Positions 14,821 to 26,309 of a stretch of 64,000 nucleotides of DNA are shown here, one piece after another; the first letter of the stretch is position 1, and each line of letters starts with the position of its first letter. The notes below the pieces were generated by a model. The model was given only the letters and a program-made list of their open reading frames with translations. It did not search any database and was not told the origin of the DNA. Source of the DNA: Camelus ferus. Taxonomy: Eukaryota. The position numbers and the translations under genes are program-made. The DNA lies in the NCBI RefSeq assembly GCF_009834535.1, contig NC_045698.1, positions 15,254,001 through 15,318,000 of the forward strand. The letters are read 5' to 3'.

Positions 14821-15477
14821 TGTTGCCGATAGATGCAACCGGTGTTCCAGGTTCTTGTCCCGTCCCAGAAAGAATTTAGAGACAAGACTTAGAGGTTAAA
14901 AAAGGTCAAGTGAGGATTTACTAAAGGATGGATAGTACACTCTCAGGGGAGAGCGGGCAGGCTTAGGTGAGCGGCTGCCCTGAGTTTCTTTGGCAAGTTA
15001 GCTACATAGGGTGTAAAACTGAATGGGCAGAATATTCATTGGGGAGGGAAGGTTTTGGGGTCGTATTCCCTGATTATCATCCCAATTCCACCTTCCCAAA
15101 GGGAGGAGGGATTTTTGTCCTTATTAATCTGGATCAGAAGTGTCATGGTGTCAGTGCATGATGGGTACTTTTGATCTGCAAGGCTAATTTTATTGAAATG
15201 AGGGCATAATGAGCAAAAGGTTACATTTGGACCCTAGAAATTCCTGCCTTTTCTCACCTTTCTTTGTTTTTCTCCAGGCCACTTGTCATCCCAAAAGGCA
15301 TGATCCCTTATCAGCCCCAAGGTTCCTGCTTTTCTTTCTCTGCCCAAGGATCCCTGCTGCTTACATGATGTGTGGTTTCCTGCATTTGGCCTGTGCCCCT
15401 CCTTTCTGCCCAATTCCTGCCATTTGGTCTGTGTCCCCCTTTCTCTGCTCATATCTAGCTATCTGCCTGCTCTAACA
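14821..15477 (-). mobile_element. 3' LTR (657 bp) of the provirus
   Basis: On the minus strand it starts TGTTAGAGCAGG directly after the PPT and ends GGCAACA. A poly(A)-signal variant AGTAAA lies at about 14917-14922. It is collinear with the solo LTR at 47020-47681. Confidence 0.93.
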
Positions 15478-15490
15478 TTTTCCCCTCAAG
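15478..15490 (-). other. Polypurine tract (plus-strand primer site)
   Basis: Minus-strand GAGGGGAAAA abuts the TG of the 3' LTR. Confidence 0.85.
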
Positions 15491-15602
15491 GAGTCTGGAC
15501 CCTTAAAATCTTTTAAGGGGAAAAGGGACGATGGTCAGTCTTCTGTAACTGCTTCTAGCTGAACATGGATGTAGTCCCTACCTGTGGGCCCAGATCTCCT
15601 TG

Positions 15603-16695
15603 CTATCTGTCAGAGATAGGGGTCTCAGGGTTGTTAGCAGTGGCAGGGATGGAGAGTGGGGAGTAGAAGGAGGCAGAGGCCTTGTCCAGCGGATGTTGAT
15701 GGTCTTTATCTTCAGGTGGGATGGGTTGGAATCCTTGTCACATCATCATTTGAAGATGAAGTTGTTTTATTCTAGAGGATAGAAATTTTACTATGTGGTT
15801 AAAAATACAAGGATCAAAGAGAAAGATGAGAAATATGGTGGCTATGGGGCCTAGAAATAGAAGAAGCCAGGTATATCCTGGAAACCATCCCTTAAGTGTC
15901 TCAGTCCATTTCTGTTTTCCTTGGTTGTACCTGTGGAGCCAGGAAACCTGTTCATAAATTTCTTTAACATTTACTTCTACTTCTCCTGAGACGTTAATGT
16001 ATGTGCAGCATGTTTTGTTTATAACTGCATAAACCCCTCCTTCGCGTCCTAATAGATAGTCTAGGGCTCAGCGATTGTCAAAGACTACCCCTGCCAGAGA
16101 ATCAAGGGACTTTTGTAAGAGTGTTAGAGTGTCTCCGGTTTTCTTCAGTGCATTATCCAGGGAGGAGGTTAGGCCCCTCAAGGTTGTCTCATGGTAGGCA
16201 AATCCTCCCCAAGGGGCAGATGCAGCTACTGGCCCTATAATTCCTGCTAGTACCAGACCAAAGGCCCTTTTTTATCTCATATGAGTCACATTGAGGAAGT
16301 TGTTTGGGCTGGAGCCACGGTTCCCAAGGTGCATTCCCCATAGTGAAGTGTGTTGTCTAGATGTGAGAGAGCAATGGCTTTGGTCATTGTGAGGTAGTTA
16401 TCTGAGGTTCCACATAGCCATGATAATCCAGGTGGTGCTGGTAAAACTGTGTGATTGGTTTGGTTATACAGCTGGAGAAAAGTTTTGGGAGGTGGGAGAT
16501 AGTTACGGAGGGGTCCCATCTGTATTTTGAATTTTGTTGTTGGTTTGGAGTGTCCAGGATGGGGTCCATAGTCAGGGGGGTGGTCATAGTAAGGGGATAT
16601 CTGATATAATAACTAGCACAAGAAGTTCTGTTGGCATTAGTTTGTGAATTGTCATAGCATACATGTGTGCGGTTAGGAGTGCAGGGTGACGTGCA
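15603..16695 (-). pseudogene. env: Retroviral env pseudogene (C-terminal SU plus TM), ERV-V-like TM
   Basis: Manual translation gives SU ...[11 protein letters not shown]...GECTLGTVAP and a furin site R*KR (TAA at 16272-16274). The fusion peptide reads AFGLVLAGIIGPVAASAPWGGFAYHETTL. The immunosuppressive domain reads VFDNR*ALDYLLGREGG (TGA at 16068-16070). CX6CC has decayed to YAVINKTCC. The membrane anchor is WLLLFLGPIATIFLI and the tail is DPCIFNHIVKFLSSRIKQLHLQMMM. Frameshifts lie near 16500, 16295 and 15820. Confidence 0.93.
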
Positions 16696-17910
16696 AAGAG
16701 GCAGGCCCATGGTCAGTTTTGTGGCCTCTTCAACTAGCAGGGCTGTGGCTGCTACAGCTCTCAGATACCCTGGCCATCCTGAGGCCACTGGGTCCAGTTG
16801 CTTGGAGAGATATGCCACTGGCCTAGGAATTGGCCCTCCTTTTTGGGTGAGAAGTCCCGGGGCTATTCCCTGTCTTTCTGAGGTAAACAGAGTAAAGGGC
16901 TTGTTTAGAGCTGGAATCCCCAGGGCTGGGGCGCTAGTCAGGGCAGTCTTAATCTGATCAAATGCTCTTTGTAAACTTCCAGTCCACTCTAGAGGCTCTA
17001 TGTCTGGTCCCTTTAAAAAGGGCTTCATATAATAGTTTTGCCATGAGACCAAACCTTGGGATCCAGATTCTACAAAACCCAGCCATTCCTAAGAAGGTTC
17101 TAAGCTGTTTTTTTGTGTGTGGTGGCTGTAAGTGGAGGATTGCCTCTTTGCACTGGGTTGTAAGGGCACGCCTTCCTGGGCTTAAAACATGTCCCAGGTA
17201 GGTAACTTTCTGGGAGGAAATTTGGGCTTTTTGTGGGGATACTTTAAATCCCCTGTGACCTAGGAAGTTGAGAACCTGCATAGTGTTTCGGTCTAAAGCT
17301 TCCTTTGAGGGGCTGCAGATAAGGAGGTCATCTACATCTTGTAATAATGCCCCCGTCTCCAATTTGAGTTCCCTTAGCTCCTTTGCTAAGGCATTGCCAA
17401 ACAGGTATGGGCTATCCCGGAATCCCTGAGGAAGGACAGTCCAGGTATATTGTTGGGTTTCATTAGTGTTTGGATCAGTCCACTCAAAAGCAAAAAGGTA
17501 TTGGGAATCAGGGTGAATGGGTATGCAAAAGAAGACATCTTTAAGATCTAGGACTGTAAACCAGGCTGTGTCCTCAGGGATCTGAGTGAGGATTGTGTAT
17601 GGGTTGGAGACAATAGGATGGAGAGGAATTACAGCTTCATTTATGATTCTAAGTTCTTGGACCATTCTGTATTCCCCATTTGGTTTGAGGACAGGTAGGA
17701 CTGGAGTATTACAGGGGGATTGGCATGGCACCAAAAGCCCATATTTAATGAATTTTGAGATTAGGGGTTAGAGGCCTCGTCGAGCCTCTGGTTTTATGTG
17801 ATATTGGCGCTGGAAGGGAAGTTATTAGTTTCCTTTAAAGTTATTTTTACAGGAGTGACAAACTTTGCCTTTCCTGGGATTCCCTGATCCCAGACCTGTG
17901 GATCTACAAG
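16696..17910 (-). pseudogene. pol: Retroviral pol pseudogene: reverse transcriptase plus connection domain only
   Basis: ORFs 16958..17734 and 16384..17052 carry gamma-type RT motifs ([51 protein letters not shown]). The N-terminus is VDPQVWDQGIPGKAK. Catalytic YVDD reads DVDD (17327-17338). There is a stop at 17768-17770 and frameshifts near 17815 and 17015. Confidence 0.95.
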
Positions 17911-18829
17911 TATACTACTGTTGATGCTTCTAGGTCAAGTGAAGTATTATTTACTAAAACGCTTGTCTATATTCTGAATGTTGGAAATCACGTACCTAAT
18001 CTTTTCCCATTTTCCATGAGCAACCAGGAACCTCAGAGTCAAATCAGTGGTCTACATCTCTGATGAGTGCGTCACCTTCCCTAATCCAAACTACAAAGTC
18101 ACACTGAGATCATCATTACCGTTTTTATTATTATCATAAACTGAGGAGAAAAAGAGTGACACTGATAGTATTAGTTATATTAGTAACAACTGACACTAAT
18201 ATAGCAAGAAATGTCCTAATTGACTATTTTGCTTATAATTTTGGCTCTTAGTTATATGGTATCTTATAATGATCATTTTATCACATCATTATTTAAATAA
18301 TGGGAAAGTCCCTGAAAAAAAAGAAATTTAAGATACATTTGGTTTTTCAAATATTAATATTGGCACTTAAAAAATCATTCTTACCTAACCAAGAAAAATA
18401 AAATTGTTTCTATATGCAGTTATTGTTTTCACTTATATTTATAATGCCTAATTGCCAATTATTGCAAAGGTAAATTCTGACTGAAGATTTTAAATACCCA
18501 CTGCTATGTGTTTATTGTAAAAACTATAAGCCCCTTAAAGGCAGCTTAGTTTTGTCTTGCAGGGGGTCTCATGTTGATTTGCACAAGAGACTCGTAATCT
18601 TTTCATCGACTTAATTAAATAAATGAATGGGTGAGAGCATATTTTAGGCATCACTAGAAATTGCTGAATGAGAGGGCAAAAGGCCAACTAAAAGTAAAAG
18701 TGTATTCATGAGGTCGGGAACTGATTAAAGGGGGCAGTGAGAAACCCAAACAACAAAAATCTGTTTTCTCAAAATGAAAGCAGAAGGCTACATAGGAAAG
18801 CAGGGTTTTATTAATTCAATTTAAGCAGA

Positions 18830-19310
18830 AGTTATTTTAATGTGTGGTATTCAGTCTGTGACGCTTTATTTAACCACCTCCAGTAGAGTTCTTTCGATCA
18901 AAACTTGAAGTGCCTGAGATCCTTAGCATCTTTATCTGCTGTGCTTTGCCCCGAAAGGTCACCACAATGACACGGCAGACCCCTGACATACACACCTGTC
19001 TGTTGCTGTAAACAGCTCACTTGTGGTTGAAGGAGGTAATTAAAAGGTTTCGATGACGAGGATGAGCCTGGTTAGAGATGAGGTCTGAGTCTGCACTGCT
19101 GAAGGATTTACGAATTAAATTTGCCCGCTGAGCTGCAGCAAAGGTGATGGCATCTCCAGTTTACAACCGTGTTTTTAGTTTAGACATGTCATGCATGGCC
19201 AGAAACAACAACAGTCATTTCTTTTTTACAAGCCTTATGACTTATAAATCACGACAGCATCATAGCTGCATTAATTTGAAGGGATGAGTAGATAACAGTA
19301 TGAAAGTTGC
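18830..19310. promoter_or_regulatory. Candidate conserved non-coding element / enhancer
   Basis: No recognisable repeat, retained CpGs, and dense developmental TF motifs (see findings). Conservation was not testable here. Confidence 0.45.
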
Positions 19311-20352
19311 TTAATTTTTTGAAAAAAATCCTCATTCTCCAAAGAAGAGAAAGTAAACAAAATAGTATTTTTTATTTTTTCACATAAAAATACATGGTGA
19401 GATGAAGTATTTAGAGGGGATTATATTGATGCCACAGTTTACTCCGACTGGCATTCAAAATTAAGAAGTGACAGTTGATGGTAGAAAGACAGACAGATAA
19501 ACAATTATAGGACAATGTTGATTCTAGTATCTGGCTGGCAGGTTGATGGATATTCACTGTAAAATTCCATCAGATTTTCTGTCTAGTCGAAACTTTTCAT
19601 AAGATGTTGGGAAATATAGGTTGAAAGAGATTGTTACAGTTTTAAGAGTCATATAAAAAGAATACAAAGTTTTTACTGTTGACAATTATCCTTTAAAAAC
19701 TGAAAGCAAACTGGGTTAATTGCCAATGGGCTGTCTATGTCACTAAGTATCTGGAAATTGGGACTCTTTGTGCATTTGAGTATTGGTCTGAATTTTTGTT
19801 CTTTGTAGTGCTAATGAATTCTACCCAGAGTAGGTAAATTGAACTTCAGGTGGTGTATCTGATCCGTTTATTTAACGATCTTCCAAGTGGATGGCTGAAT
19901 CTCAGTCTAATCTATTACAGTCTAATCAATCACAGTGATGATTAATATAAAGCTTCTTTCCTTTGAGTATTGATTGGTTACTAAAAGCTGCTGATGACCA
20001 CATAGTGCCTGGCATTTTGCTCTTACATTACTTTTTCCTGATAGTACACATTAGTCTCCATAAAGGGTATCACTACAAGTTTTCAACCAATTCTAGTTGG
20101 TATAACATATCAAAAGGGAAGAATCAAATAGCTGGAGAGAGTCTGAGTTTCCATTAACAGATAATACATGGAACCGAATAAAATGATATTCTGTTTAGGA
20201 CTGAGAAATATTGAATAATTGGAAGCCCAGAGTACTCCACAAGCACTCTTCTGGGCAAAGGTTATACTCTTCTTAATACAAAACAGATTTAAAAAGAAAA
20301 ATTCTACCAAGATTTTTAGAAAATAAGGTGAAATTTAAGGAAGTTCAGGCAA

Positions 20353-20610
20353 ATAGTGTGATATTTAAGCATAGGGACCTTGGGGTCAGGGAGCCTGGAC
20401 ATATAATAGCCTCTTGTAGCTACAGAGTCCTGTGACCCCAGGCAAGTTCCACAATATCCCTAAGCCTCAGCCTTTTCATCTACAATATTAAGATAATAGT
20501 GTTTTTCACTTCTCAGATGTCTTTTGAATTATCGAAGGAAATTATACACGCTTACCCACATTCCGTAATGCCTGGAGAATAGTGTATAATCAATGAGTGA
20601 TGATCATTGC
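20353..20610 (+). mobile_element. MIR SINE
   Basis: MIR core: tgtgaccccaggcaagtt...ctaagcctcagccttttcatctacaa...gataatagt. Confidence 0.75.
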
Positions 20611-22955
20611 TAACACTGTCTTTCAGGAATTGATACAGATACGTATTTGTAAATAGGTGTTGTTCCTTTAAAAGTAAGCATGGGAAGTATCATTTTGCAT
20701 TTGGCGTATAACAACACTAGTAAGTTCAGATTATTTAATGAAAACTATTTTTATAGCTGAAAGACCGGAAAATCTAATGGATTTGTGCAGAGGGCTGTTT
20801 TAAAAATAGTAGCTACTACAAGGAAGGAGGCATGGCATTCTTCTGGGAGGCGGCATTCTCTGGGAAACTTGCTGACTGAAAAGACACAGGTTGCTGAATT
20901 TATATTGAAAAATAGATTTTCCTCAGGAATCATGTGGTTTATGTTTAAAAGAACTTAATACTTTTATAAACAAAATAACAGAGCAATCATATTGTATGTG
21001 TCCAAGAGTTACCGGTATAGAAATACAAATGCTTTTTAAAAGACCAATGAAGATGCACATTCATATTATAAATAGTTGCTTTTTAGGATGGGGATGGAAT
21101 AAAGAACAGTGTTATAAGGGTAGTGTAGACAGACATCCAATGTCTTAGAAAGGGGAGGATATTTAACCAAGGTACTTACTGCCCTTGGAGTTGGTACACA
21201 CAAACTATAGGAGACTGAGTCTTTTAAGTAGCAAATATATATCTTACACGTACATGATTTGTTCATTGTGATATATTCATATATCACATTCATAGGCCAT
21301 ATATGAATGTAGTAGAGTGTACTAGGGTTCACAAAATATCATTTGTTAACATACCAAAATTGATAGAATATTTATTCATCTTAAATTATTCTTAAGGGTA
21401 TCTTAAATTATTATTTATTTGTCATTTTTTTCATGAACCAAAATAAAATAGATGCTAGGAAAATAGTTTTAAATACAAATATAAGCATTAGAATACATTA
21501 TATATTTCTTAAATTGGTGTGTGTTAGATAGTAGAGAGTATAATTTTATTCCTAAATGTAAGAAGGAAGAGAAATATAAAACTGAACAGACATATGCCAT
21601 TGTGTTTTTTCACCTCATGACTAGAATCTGTATGAATGTATGAAGCAAATAATAAAAGTTGACTGGCAGTAGGGGCTTGAAAAAAGTGAAATACATTGAA
21701 CAATTAATTGAGATGACAATCTTTAAAATACTTTTGTCTAAGGGGTATTAATTTGAAAGAAATGTTTTCTGTTACACAAGTCATACTAATTTACTTATTT
21801 ATTCTTCATGTATTATTTTATTCATTCATTCATTCTGTCATTCCACAAGCACATAAACTGAGGTTTTGCAAGATATCTTCCAGTCTGTCCTGACTCAAGT
21901 AATCTACATAATAAGGACATTGAAAGACATTTACTATATCCAACCTTAATTTCTGGGTTTTGGTAATTTTCACTTTTCTAGAAAAATCATCTATTTCATC
22001 TGTCCTTTCAAAGTTTCAACAGAATTATGAGATGTAATGAATCATAATAAGAGGCTGTCCAATATTTAATAAACCCTGCACTTCCTAAAAAAGCTAAATT
22101 GATCACATTTTAGCATTTTTTTCATAAACAGGTATATTTAAAATCCTAGGGTTTCTTTTTTGTTGTTTCCCATATATATTTCTAATTATCTTTAATCTGA
22201 AATATACTTTGTTGCATTAGTTTTATTAGACGTTGGTTAGGTAATTGCTCTAGGTTATTAAATAAGATGGAAAACATATCAGCTAAATAATTGTGTATAA
22301 TACTATAATAATTATAATCTTTAAATACAGAAACATATACAATACATGCAATAACTTATAAAATATGAATGCATGTACATAAACTACTATATAGGTCATA
22401 TAAGAATATATACATATGTATAAATTGTAGCTCTGTACTCTGAGACTCTTGGGCCCCGATGACATTTTTAAAGTTACTTTTTCACTTTCAAAATTTTTCC
22501 CATTGATATTGGCCTTTTTTGTTTAAAATTTTTTATTTTTTTAAATAATTTTCAATTATCTCTATTTTTAAAACATTTACATTAAGTAGAACGCATTGTA
22601 TTATCCTTTGAAAACGTAAAGAATTGTAATTATGTTGGCTACCTACTTTCTTACATTTCTGTGCTTCAGATGTTTCCTTTTTACTGGAGACAAGTCTTAA
22701 GATATTATGATTTTTCATAGTAATTTATGAAATTCAGTATTAATTTTGCCTCATTTTAAATGTTTACCACATTCATTTTACATTGTTTTGTTCTGTTTGG
22801 TTATATGTGCTGAATCTTCTGAGTTGATTTAATTATTTTCCCTAACACTATAAATATATTTTCCATACTTCACACATTTATTTCAATTTCAAGTCCATGT
22901 TTTTTATCATATATTCATGAGATAGCTATTTAGTTTTAGTGAACAAATCCAAAAT

Positions 22956-23560
22956 CTTTTTTTCAGTTTTACTGAGAATTAATTGGCATATTACATCGAT
23001 TAAGGTAAGGTTTATAATATGATTTGAGGTACTATTTGTATATTGTGAAATGATTACCACAATAGGTTTAGTTTATACCACCTCACATAATTACCATTTC
23101 CTTTTTGTGGTGAGAACATTTAAGATACATCTATAACATCTTCTTTATTCATCTGTAGGTGGACACTTAGGCTGTTTCCACATTTTCATATTTTGGGTAT
23201 TATGACTAATGCTGCAATGAACATGGAAGTGCAGATAATTCTTGAAGATCTTGATTTCATTACCATTGGATAGATACTGAGAAGTGGAATTCCTGGATCA
23301 TATGGCTTTGTTTTGCTATTTAGTTTTAATTTTTTTTGAGGAAACGCTCTACTATTTTCAATGATGGTTGTACCAATTTACATTTCCACAAACAGTGCAC
23401 AAGGGTACTCTTTTCTCCACAACCCCCCCAGCACTTCTTGTCTCTTGTCTTTTTAGTAATAACCATCTTAACAGGTGTGAGGTGATATCTCACTGTGCTT
23501 TTGATTTGCAAAACCTGAGGATTAGTGATGTTGAGCACTTCTACATGTACCTGTTGGTCC
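22956..23560 (-). mobile_element. L1MA9-like 3' fragment with internal deletion
   Basis: ttgtgaaatgattaccacaa...gtggtgagaacatttaagat jumps to aacatcttctttattc. ORF 23326..23586 gives the L1 ORF2 C-terminus (IKSTVRYHLTPVKM...CWGGCGEK...HCLWKCKLVQP). Confidence 0.88.
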
Positions 23561-26086
23561 CTCAATCCACTCCTCTTATTTTTCACTCTTGTTAACAGAC
23601 TTTGTTCTCCCTAATAAATTATTAGCACAAAAAGCCTCTGCTTCAGAATTTGCTTTATAGAGAATCCAAGTTATGATAATCTCCAATATCAGAGCAAGAA
23701 AATTGAAGCATTAAAACCTAGAAGTGTGGGTATTTTATGCAACAGTTTCCTGTTGAAATCATTACAGTAAGATATTGTCTTGGGTGTCTCATTCTAACAA
23801 GATCATTTCCTAAGTTTAATCTTTCCATTCAGATGCACTAAATTAATTAATCCAAACTATTTCTTTGACAATCACTGTAAATATCAAGCTAACTCAATAT
23901 TGGGAGTTTGAGCAGTGATTTGGGCAGATAGGGATGGCTCTGTTATACTTCCAGTGAAGCATATTCATGGCATAATCAAGGGTGAAACTCAAGATTGTAC
24001 CACTAAGAGTTTGTAGCAGCACCTAATAAAGCATATTAAATCATTATGTTACTAAGTATTGTCACTTGGACACTAAGTTAATAAGTCATTTAACATCTAT
24101 GAACTTGCAAGGTGAATAGCTATACTAAAAAGAGTTAAGATTACAATAATTTGATTCAGAAACTGTTCTATAGTGAAAAGGACTTCTGAAAGTTCCTAAA
24201 TATTTTGAAGTTGAAGCAATCCCTAGATCAAAACAAAAAGTATTATGTTTTAAGCAGGTTAAGTTAAAACATTTTTAAACTGTGATGGATTTAACTCAGT
24301 TGAGATACTTAAACATGTCATGTTATAACTTCAGTTTTTATTTGAACTAATTATTGAGTATGGAAATGTAAGATGGGCAATGCTAAAAATAAACTCCCAC
24401 CCCTCTATCAGTGTTTGAAGTATGAAGCATGCCGGCTTGGCATGTTCACTGGATGCACTTCGAGTACACCATATTATTCTTTGGATGCCCAATAAACTTT
24501 GATGGAAAAACAGATCACTCTTCCACTGCAGTTAAATCAATCTTAAAAGACCTTTCATATGCCAACTCTAGTCTGATGGAGCTATAAACAAGGTTTTTAC
24601 CGATATTCACCTATTAAAATCTAATATTTGGGAAAAAACGATCTTTAGGTGGAAGTATCCTATAACAAATGTACTGGAAGAATTTTGAAGTGTATTCATT
24701 ATGCTTAATTTAAGTAAGTTATTACTCAATACAGTCATATTAACAAGTGCTTTTCTCTGTCAGGATGGAGTATTTCTATTCAATTAGAGATAATAAGTGT
24801 TGGTTTTCTCTAAAACACACGTAGACATGTAAGAGTAATACTTTAAAAGTTTATTGTCAGTTACTTACACTGTCACCATATTGCATACTGTAGATGCATG
24901 TTATATATAAGCCTTGATTTCAAAAAATGCTCACTTTTGTTGAATACTAACATTCTCTAAGTCTCAGGTCTTAAGCCAGTGGCTTACCTTTCCCAGTTGA
25001 TTTCAAAGGCTTTAATGGTTTCCAATAGCATCTTTAAAAATGATGTATCCTTAATGTTTTAATTATACATTGTATTTAAAGATATATTAATTATGTTAAT
25101 ATTTAGGTGATAGAATGTCACGAAGAATTATCGTTAAGACTTTAAAAAGAAAGAAAATATTTTTGATTTTTGGTATATGAGTGATAAGATTTGAAGATCA
25201 AATAACCTACTACACAATCTGCATTATAATATAGATTAAATTGAAATTTAAAAATATAAAGAAGTTTGTGTGTGTCTGTGTGTGTTTATATGTGTGAAAT
25301 TGTTGTGCAATATCTTTAACAGTGCTAATGGAAAAGCTAACCAAGTGCTTAAATTAACCACTGGCACGAATTGCATAAGATGTCATTTATTCTACTGATC
25401 TTTAATTAATGATTTTGATTGAATAAGATTTAATTTAAAACATCCAACCAGCCTGTAAATATATATTATTCTCTGGTTACATTTTATTGTAAATAATTAG
25501 GGAAATATTTGATTTCTCAGCCACTTCATGCAGAATGTTGACTTTAATTTTATTTGCATTTATTAGACTTAATCACTTTTAAAGCATGCAGTAAACTGCA
25601 TGCTCATTTCATGGCTGTACTTTTAAACAACTGATTTCTAAAGCTCCACGTGATTAATATGTTTACCTTCTGAATTGTCTTTATTCCTATAACATGATTG
25701 GAATAAAAGGTGTGATTGTTTTGCTTAAATTTATAACAAACCCATATTACATCTTTGTGGTCTAGTTTTCAAAATACTTTGAACCCTTGGAAAATGTAAT
25801 GTGAGCATTTCAGACTATGCTATGCTAATCCAACTTTGATAGCAGTCATGTATTTTTATTTTGAAGTCTGTCCAAATGATAGATTACATAAGCAATGTAG
25901 AGAGGATGAACTGGTATAAATGCAACAATCAGCTCAGCAATTGAAAGTACTGTTTCATTAGCTTTAGAGTTGTATCAAAACTAAAGTCATTAACATAACC
26001 TTTAATATCTGGTCAGGTACTAGAATGCTATAATGGATTTTCTTCATCTTCAAGACGTGGTTAGGTTATATAAACTGCCATTCAAA

Positions 26087-26259
26087 TTAAAGTTGCAAGA
26101 TTCAGCAAAATACAGCTTTCCCAGTATTAAACAAGAAATAATTATTTGGTATAAGTATGTCTTCTGTGATAATTTGGATATAGTAGTATTAAAATTATTT
26201 GTTGTATATCTGAAATTCAGATTTAATGAGGCATCCTGTATTTTATCTGGCAACTTTAA
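26087..26259. mobile_element. MER53 palindromic hAT MITE
   Basis: Inverted ends TTAAAGTTGC / GCAACTTTAA. The right arm (atctgaaattcagatttaa..gcatcctgtattttatctggcaac) and centre (tataagtatgtc) match the MER53 pattern. Confidence 0.85.
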
Positions 26260-26309
26260 AAACAGTGTTGAGTAATTTGAAACTTTGAATTAAAAAAAAA
26301 ATTTAATGA

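Larger units (their letters stand above)
14821..17958 (-). mobile_element. Defective class I (ERV1/gamma-like) endogenous provirus: LTR remnant - RT - [deletion] - env - PPT - 3' LTR
   Basis: The minus strand shows, in order: RT motifs (VPCQSPCNTP, WTVLPQGFRDSP, LLQDVDDLL), the connection domain, env SU/TM motifs, a purine tract (CTTGAGGGGAAAA) and a TG...CA-bounded LTR. No gag, protease, RNase H, integrase or PBS is recognisable. Confidence 0.95.

Noticed and set aside
15603..16695. Functional captured env / syncytin at this locus
   Set aside because: No signal peptide, multiple stops and frameshifts, and broken furin and CX6CC motifs.
14821..17910. L1-mediated processed copy of an ERV mRNA
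   Set aside because: The 3' end includes a complete U5 ending in CA, with no poly(A) tail after R.
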